From NCBI GenBank assembly GCA_964234715.1, contig OZ174283.1: DNA of 64,000 bases; one strand, written 5' to 3'. The notes under the pieces are model-generated. The model was given only the letters and a program-made list of their open reading frames with translations. It did no database searches and had not been told where the DNA came from. This document shows positions 51,401-60,400 of this stretch, piece after piece (positions within the stretch are counted from its first letter, which is position 1; each line of letters begins with the position of its first letter). Both the position numbers and the translations under genes were made by a program. Origin of the DNA: Podarcis melisellensis. Lineage: Eukaryota.

Positions 51401-54400
51401 CTGAACTACTTACATGCTTAATACTGTGCACAAATGAAACAGAAGACAGACAGCTCTATGCCGAAGTCAGACAAGCAGACTATCCTGACGCCAAATCAAG
51501 TTGAGATAAGAAACACACTGCGGAACATTAGTTATTGTGCCCATTAATGTCGTTAGTTTTGAGACAAGTACACAGCATGGGAAGCTGCTTCATCCGTTGT
51601 TGCCAAGTGGACTTTTCAGGAAGTCAAGGAAACCCTGGCCTTCAAAGTCTGGGAAAGAAAGTAATTCTCTTCTTTTCACAATGGCTTAATTCCCTCTTTA
51701 TTCTGCTTTCCTGTTAAGCAAAATAGGATAAAGAAGCAGGGATGCAATGCAAGTGGAAAATATAATGGCCTTTGGACAAGTTCTGTCTAGTTAAAAGGCC
51801 ATTATGGCTTGATTAACTCCACTCACTGGGGATTTCTCTGGCCCATTCTCTTCCTTTCTCCACTGAGGAAACAAAAATATTGTCTTTCAGCCTATTTGTT
51901 TGCTAGTATCTGTCCCAAGTCCTTGAATTTCTGGAGAGTATGCAATCAGCATTTGATCAAAAAGTTGTTTTCTAGTTTGAATTAACACTAGAATGTCATT
52001 TAAAACCAAGTGGTAGATTTTGATTTTTGCACAAAGTCGGCCTCAAAATATTTATTGTTCAAGGAAGTTAAGTGTCCATCATTTAATGGGCACTGCTGAG
52101 AGTCTCGGGGGGGGGGGGGGATGAGGAGAACTGATGTACACTCACACCTATTAAAAGAATAAATGCACTGTTCCTGATCTTACACATTAGATATTACACA
52201 AAGCCTGCTCAGAGTGTTGATAATGAAAAAGGATTAACTCTTTGTTTTGTAAAGACCTGAATTTAAAAGCCTTCTTTCATAACGAGAACCAGTTCTGTAT
52301 TCTTACGAAATCCTTTTACAAACCTCTGGCTTTATGGCACACTGACCAACTTTTTAACCTGCATAAATTTGCATTTTTAATCGACACTGCACAGACATGA
52401 ACGTACCTCTCATCTTTTAAAACACACATCAGCTCGGGGTTCACATGACTTATTGTGTTGGATCCTGGGTTCCTCCCATGCTGGGATCCAGCAGAAGCCT
52501 CTGCTGAAGAGAGGAGGGAGGAGGCAACTGCCATTAATTCCTCCCTCCTCTTGCGCTATCTACAAACAACTTTTCAGGGGCCACAAGTCATTGCATGGGG
52601 AAGGAGGAGTTAGCAAAAGCTGCCCCCCCCCCGCTTTCTGCCACTCACAGAACCCTAAAGCCAACCAATTGTAAATGCGTCTCAGACAGGAGTTGTCTGG
52701 AAATTTCATTTCGTACTAGGGGGAAAAAAGGATTCTTATAACCTGATTGATCTTCAATGCAGCTGCTTTGAAGAAAGCGGAACATAGAAATGATGAAGGG
52801 TGCTTAGTTCCATAAGTGTGCGCAGCTGCAACATTACAGAAATCCAAATTAAAAAGCAACAAGTCCTGGCAACATATTGTTATCATTGGGTTGGATTCAG
52901 TCGAGGTTAGTTGCACATATGTCCCATTCTACTGAATGGGAACTGAAATCATGACTATCATTTCACACTGCTTCCAATAAGGCCTTAGGTTCAACTCACA
53001 ATCCAGATCTAACCCATTTTGTTTCCATAGACATAGGACATATAATTCTATCTAAAATGCGGAATTTTCTAGGTAGAATGTTTAGAACTTATATAACAAC
53101 GCTTTTTTAAAGTCCATTATTAACTTAAGAAGTAGTAGCTGCTACATTTTTACTATAACCTACTTCTAAGAGGAAGCAAAGGGTTATTCAGGAACAAGGA
53201 ACAGCTTACTGAAATACTTGACCAGGGCCTCAATCTTGATCATAATATATCTAGCTAAAATAAGAAAAATGCATTTTGTACCATAAAGTTTGATGAAGCA
53301 GGTCTCTGATGTGGACCTTTCTACTCACCATCATCTCTGTCAGCTAAAATGGTTACTTTGGTGCTGGGGAATTCCGTTCCAATTTGTCCGCCCATTGGCA
53401 TACTTAATGTGACGTTGAAAGTTTCATCTTCCTCATAAAGCGAATCATCAATGATGATGACACGGCAGGTTTTCTCCGTCTCATCCTTGTCAAAGCGAAT
53501 GAGGCTAGTATGGTCTTCAGGACGAGAAATGTAGTCTGAGTAAGACAAGACAGTGGAGGGAATCGTGCCTGTGGCAGATCCTAAAAAAGGGGGTGGCAAA
53601 GGAATGAAAAGCATTAGAATGATGAGAACAATGACTTTGAGCAGCAGAATACTAAATCATCCTTTCCTTTCCAACTCCAATCTTCAGTTTTTTCTAAAAA
53701 ATAAAAACCCCACCAGTTATGAGCCTTAAAAAACCCTCATTCTCTCTGCTTAACAATATGAATGACATGATCACGACTTTTCATAATGTGCCAGTTTCCT
53801 GTTCTCCACAGCTATGGTTCATCCCCCAAGCAACCACTTTTGCTGGTTTCAGGGATCATGTGATGGTAAGAAACCTTTCGAAGTTTCCTGTGACTCAGCA
53901 AGCTTATCAACGCTGCCCAGACTACTTGTGGGGCAGGCCAGTGGCTGCCGTGGACTGGGAATGGGGAGGAGCTTCTCACGAGCTCTTGTGAGGGCAACTA
54001 CATATCATGTGGCTCACTGGGCTCTCACAAAGCAGCAGGGTGGTGGAAACCTTTCAAAGGACTAGCCACCATCCTTCTCATCTTTGTTCCTTCTATCCTT
54101 GGGCAGAGGTAAACTTGGGATTTCTTGCATTTGCAAACTGTGGAGCCTTTCCTGTAGTTTTACCATTTTCCTTGCTTCTAGCAAACAATGTTTGCAGGAA
54201 AATATGGCTACAGTAGATGCCTGGTCTCATGGAATTAACCATAAGAAGAGCTCTTAATCATAGAAGGGGTTCTCTGTTCTTCTTTTGGTTTCCAAACATT
54301 CATCAGGTGAAAGTCAACTTTTCCTCTGCAACTATGAATGCTGAAATTCTTACAAGTCAAACATGTTCTTTTCCAAGTTAGAAGTTACACTCACTGAAAT

Positions 54401-57400
54401 TACAGGCAGGATCAGTCACAAGGACGAAAATTGCAATAGGGAAAGCAGTCAAATTCTGCACTAGTTACCATTTATCTTTTAAGGTATGCATTAAATTTGC
54501 TATGAACACCTCTCCCCATCAGAAAATCTGGCTGTGTGTAGCACAGTACTGTGTATAACAAAATCAATCTGTGTGCGAGATCAACTGTAGTTTTTCACTA
54601 AAAGGTTCATAGTTTGAACAACATAAATTATTTTCTTGTCACTGTTTGCTGTATGTCTTAATATCTTCAAATTAATAGACACAATAGCAAATGAACTGGC
54701 TTCACCAAAAATTATCATTATCTTGCGGAAAGATATATTAGTCTTTGAAATACTTTTTTACATGCACCACTGCTCTACCAAGTCACATTATGCTTACCAT
54801 CAGTGAAACTGCAGAGGTACAATCAAAGGTGTTTGTGTATACTATTATATACACATTTTAACTTTCCCCTGAAGCAGCCACATGTAGCAAGATTCAAACA
54901 TTGTAACAGAATTAAATTCAATGTAAAAGCTATAAATCTGTGTATCTGGTACACAATGTAGTACCTTGATAAGAAAAAAAAATCCACCTGCCCCCTCCCC
55001 CCATCATACTTCTAAAGCACATTGAAATGTGTTTTAAATGTATGATATGTAGACAGCTAAAGACAAAAATCTAGAGGGTTTTCACAAGCCATTTAAGACT
55101 CAATTCAAAAAGAGTCAAATCCTCTTTAAAACCAATTTGGAATATTTGAATATTTGCTTTCAAAATCATATTCTGTTAAATTATTCTTCTGCTGAAGGAG
55201 TCCAAGGGCCCCTTCTAACATTCGGTAGGTGGCAAACAAGACAGTCACCTCAATCCAGCATGATGGGCTGGGACAGTGCGGCTCACCTTACCGCCTGTTG
55301 CCTGCATCACTGCTGCATACTGGGATGAAATGGGGGAGCAGGGAGGTAGTGGTGAGGCTGGGATGGTGCAAATGCACTAGTAGGAGACGACTGGCTCTGT
55401 TAGTGCATTTTAAACACACAAACCTCCCTGGCCTCCCTCTATCCTAGTATGCAGAAGCAACACAGGTGATTGCAGGTCAGGTAAGCCTTGCTGCCCCACC
55501 CTGGGGCCTGTTACTGAGGATACTGATCTCTGAGCAGTAGGGACTCAACTTATGGAACACCCTGCACATAAATATTTGTTTGGTACTGCATTTTATATTT
55601 TAGGTGCCAAACCAAAACTGCTTTACTCTGCTGGAAATTTATTAGGATGGCTGCTTTGCTGTTATATTATCACTTTTTCAGTTTTAAGCTGGATTTTACA
55701 GTTTGATATTTTATTGACTCTGGTATTGGTATTTAGTTTTTCCACTCAGTAAGAGGGATAAAAGTTATTTTAAATATATCTTTCACAAACAGTTTGCTAA
55801 AAATAAAATGTATTTCAGAACATTAAAGATGCTCGTTTCTGAAGTTTGAAATGTTAATACTTTAAATATATATTTCCAGTACATGCAATATCCCTGAATT
55901 ATAGTTTGAGCCCTGTACAAAGAGACTGATATTTAAATCTCAAACTGCAGTGTTTTTATCATACCCAAAATAGAGGATCGGTCAAATAAGGTTATCATAT
56001 ATGCTCAAGTGACATGATATACTCAAGTGAAACTATTCTATAGCCTGTTTGACGGTAGAGTGTGTTGTGCTGTCAAAAGTGGGTCTTTTGACTCATTTTA
56101 CTTAGGAACTGAGAGTATAGAGCAACAATTAGGATCACTGCACAAATGTGTGGTAGCAAAATGCTTAGTTTTGTTAAAGCCAGAGAATGTTGGCAGCTTA
56201 CAAGGCTGCAAAATTCCAAGCCACCCTTGAAGATTTTCTGTGCGCCAGTAAACAACAAAAGTTGGAGTATGGGAAGAACAAATGGCATTTAAGGCTCTGT
56301 AATAACTCACTGATTAAATAACATATGACCTTTGAATTCTTGACTTTCAAAAAGATTCCTGCAAGGCANNNNNNNNNNNNNNNNNNNNNNNNNNNNNNNN
56401 NNNNNNNNNNNNNNNNNNNNNNNNNNNNNNNNNNNNNNNNNNNNNNNNNNNNNNNNNNNNNNNNNNNNNNNNNNNNNNNNNNNNNNNNNNNNNNNNNGGC
56501 AACACAGAAGCAAAAGACTTAAAAAAGAAAACTTTGGGAATCCCAAATGCAGGAAACCCAATACTTCACTTCCATTTTCATGCTCCCAGACTATGCAGGA
56601 TGTGGCTCTCCCAAGCTGATCAGCTGGCAGAGGACTTCCTTGGTAGAAAAAAATAGAGCCTCAGCCTTGCCTGCTCTCACTTGGATTTGAATTCCATTAT
56701 TTGGGGAGCACCACTGAAAAGGCTCGATTTCATTACACACCAACCTAATTGTAATTTAAAGGCAGGCATCTCAACAGGGCTGCAGAAGCACATCTTAAGG
56801 TATGGACAGCATGATATGGCTGAAGGTGGTTCTTAAGGTAAGCTGGTCCTAAACCATTTAGGGCTTTAATGGTCTTCATCTGCACTTTGAATTGGGCCTG
56901 AAAACGTACTGACAACTGGCGCAGCTGGCTCAGTACTTGTGTAACATACTCTGCCTGCTGCGCTCAAACCAGTAGGCAAGTGGCAGAATTCTCCACTAGC
57001 TGAAATTTCCAAACTATCTTCAAAGGTGGCATGACATACAATGCGTAACAGAAGTATAGCCTGGAAGTCACTGGAGCACTTACAACAGAAGCAAGGTTCA
57101 ACATCTTCAGATAGGGTCACGGCTGGCATGCAGTTGAAGATGGCAGAAAGCACCCCTAGACGCCACCTGCGCTCCCGCAGTTAGCACCATGCCCGAAATC
57201 ACACCCAAGCTGTGAACCTGGACTTTCAGGGAAAGTGCAAACCCACCTCAGACCAAGTAAACGCCTCCAGCCTCATGCAATAGAATGTTCTCCTCATCTC
57301 TCTTCCCTCTAAATCTGTTATGGGGGCTGCTCCAACCCTCTGGAGAAAATCTGGTGATTGGGAGGGACACCATGTGTGGTGGCAGGAGATAATTACCTTG

Positions 57401-60400
57401 CATAAGCTGAATCCATTCTGCTTTTGGAATTATTTAGTTCAATACCACTCACAGTATTTGGGCAGGGTGGGCACATGTGTGGAAATCATGGAAGAACATT
57501 CTATCATTTGAACTCCCGCTTGGAATCTGAAGTGGCAGAGCCAAGATACAAGTTTTCATTCTCAGTGAGAATGAAGCCAACATCACTTCTGCCATATACG
57601 AAAACCCTAGGTGACAAAGGCATCTTAGGTGTACTCTCTCACAGACACATTTTTGTTTATTTCTAAGTAGAAGCTCCCCTGCACTACATGAGAAGCTGTT
57701 TTCTCTCAAGTGTCACAAAGCACCTTCCATTGGAGCTCAGAGAAAAGCAAACATTTCCAATGGGGTACAAGGGAATTAAATGCGCCACTGTGACACAGAC
57801 TTCAAATGCTTCTTATACTGACAATGAGGGGAGAAACTTCAAGCCTCATTATAGATGTGACATAAATAAAATTCTGTTATAATAATAAAAGAAACTTTTG
57901 CTTTTCTCTGAGCTCTAATGGAAGGTTCTTCATCTGGTCTCCCCTACCCACCCTGCCCCCACTGGCTCACTGTAAGAGAATGTGGCCATAAGCAAATCCT
58001 AATCTAGAAGTTAGCCCTTATCTTTGGTGTGGGGGCCGGGGAGCTGCCTCATATAAACTAAGATGCTTTCCCTACAATCTGTTGAAGAGCAGCACGTACT
58101 TTAAAAAAATCCCATTCCTCAACCACCCTCATTCCCAAATCTTATGTGGAGGCATAATTTTTATCTTTTGCATTTGGGGAGCACAAAATGTCGGGCAAGA
58201 AATGGCAGGAATGCAAAGAAGAATGGTTATCTCTAGAAAGGGCAAATATACAAAGAAAGGAATTTATCTGAAGCAGCGGGTTTTCTTTTCAATTAAAATA
58301 GAATTTAGACTAAGGCACTTAAAAACCAAACTTTGTTGTTGCTGATATTAGCTCTGTCCTGTTGGTTTTATCATGTACTGTTGTTTTATGCTATATTTAG
58401 GTTTCATGCTTTTAACTTTTATGCAAGTTGTTCCACTGTTAGAAAACCAAATAACTTTTATTATTAAACAGTATATATAGAAAATAGATTAATAAAAATA
58501 CTGGGTTGTATTGCCTCCAACAAACTCATCTTGTTAGTGCAAAGACTTCCACTTTCACAGACTCCTGTCCTTACACCTCCCCCTACATCTGCTCTGGAGG
58601 GCTGGGGGCACCCAAACAACAGATTTGGGGGGGGGTGCTCAATGGAAGAAGGGATATTCCATTGCACAAGCAGAAGTCCTTGCATGAATGGAACAGCTCT
58701 GTTGAATACAGCCCCACAGATAGTACAGCCCAGTGCCCGTTTGCTCAGACATAAACGCAGATTACTTCTAAGCACATGAGTTTAGGCGTACTTGGAATTA
58801 AGTGCCATTGACTCAAGTGCAACTTCTCTAGTTTGAACTGGTCTCAAAGTCCCAGTTACAAATTCTTAAATGGGTCACCCTGATATTTATAGAGAAGTAA
58901 TGCAAGCTCAATATACACAGCATATAAAAAGATCCACTCCTTTTTTGACTGCATTCCATTCACAGAATCCATAATTGGTGCCGGGTGGGGTGGGGTGGGG
59001 GGGACAGCACAACCCTTCCAAGATGTTTCGGAAGAATCTTTTTTATAATTATTTTAATTGTTTTTTTTACATATATTTCCATACATAACATCTAATACAC
59101 AAAAGTAAATAAAACTTTTGGCTGCTTAAGCCTGTGACTTCCTTCCTCCCCGACTGTAGGCTTTCAAACCTATTCTCTAAACACTGCATTCTCCTATATT
59201 TCTTAATACTATTAAATCTCATAAATATTAAATTAGCTATAATTAATAAGTAGTAGTTTTAACCTTACAAAACTTCTTGTAACTTCTTGTCCAGACCTTC
59301 AAGTTCCTCTCAAGGTGACCGTTTAGAAATCTAGTGTGCTTTTCAAGAGAAATTGCAATATAAAAAGGAGACCTCCAGTGCAATCCTGTCTGTCTACTCC
59401 TAAGTAAGCCTCACTGAGTTTAACAGGATTTACTCGCTAAGTGTGCATACGACTGCAGCCTGCATGACCTGGTATCAATCAGCAAGCTTACACTCTCAGC
59501 ACTATCTCTATAAAGGCCACCAAGCAACTCCAGCATAAAAGTCTGCAATGGCAAAGCAATCTAATCTCTGTAAAAAGTGGCTATGGACCTGTTTTTTTAA
59601 TGCTTTCATCTTCCTATTACATCCCACAGCTGTGCTAGCATACTTAACATCTGAAACTGACCAACAGCTGTCATGCTTCACCGAAACAACTTGACTAGCT
59701 GTCTAACCCATGGGGCATAAATCTTTCAGCACGTGCACCATGCAAAAAGGGAGTGCTTCCTAATAAGGAAACTAGGAATTAAAAAAAAATCACCTGGCAT
59801 ATATTTTCCACCAGCCCTCTCACAAAGATATGAATAAGCTGAACAACAACAAAAAAACGAATATCCAAAGAATATTATACTTGAACATTCAGCATAAGTT
59901 TCTGCATATATTTTATATCACTTGTACTTAGCATGTAGCAGTTCACTTTCAAAATAATCATTTTATAAGTCATTTTACAACTACATGAGTAGCTGAGCCC
60001 ATGACCAACCTATTATCTCAGCAGTAAATCCTACGGAGTTCTGTGGCCTTAAGCAAGTGCAGGACAGCAGTTTGAGTGAAATATACAGATAATTGTTGTG
60101 GGAATTTATTTTTTATTACATTATTATCCCACCTTTCCTCATAAAGGAGTCCAGGGCTGCAATAACAAGTAGTAAAACATTTTTTAAAAAATTAAGCACC
60201 TAAGATATTTGATCTGAATATTTTAAGGAAACCTGAAACCTAATGTATTTACCTAATATTGCCACATAAATTACCTCATTAGGTATCTGATACTATGTTT
60301 TTGTTTGCCATCAAAGGAAGCGTAGAGCTTGTACACAAAAGGAAAAAAGGGAGAATATGTTTAGTTGGTTTAACTGGATCGCATTTCCTAGCAAATGAAA

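Noticed and set aside
56369-56497. A missing FREM3 exon hidden in the N gap
   Set aside because: The flanking exons 60874..60999 and 53329..53580 join in frame and continue the Calx-beta repeat (STHQ-G-SATG).
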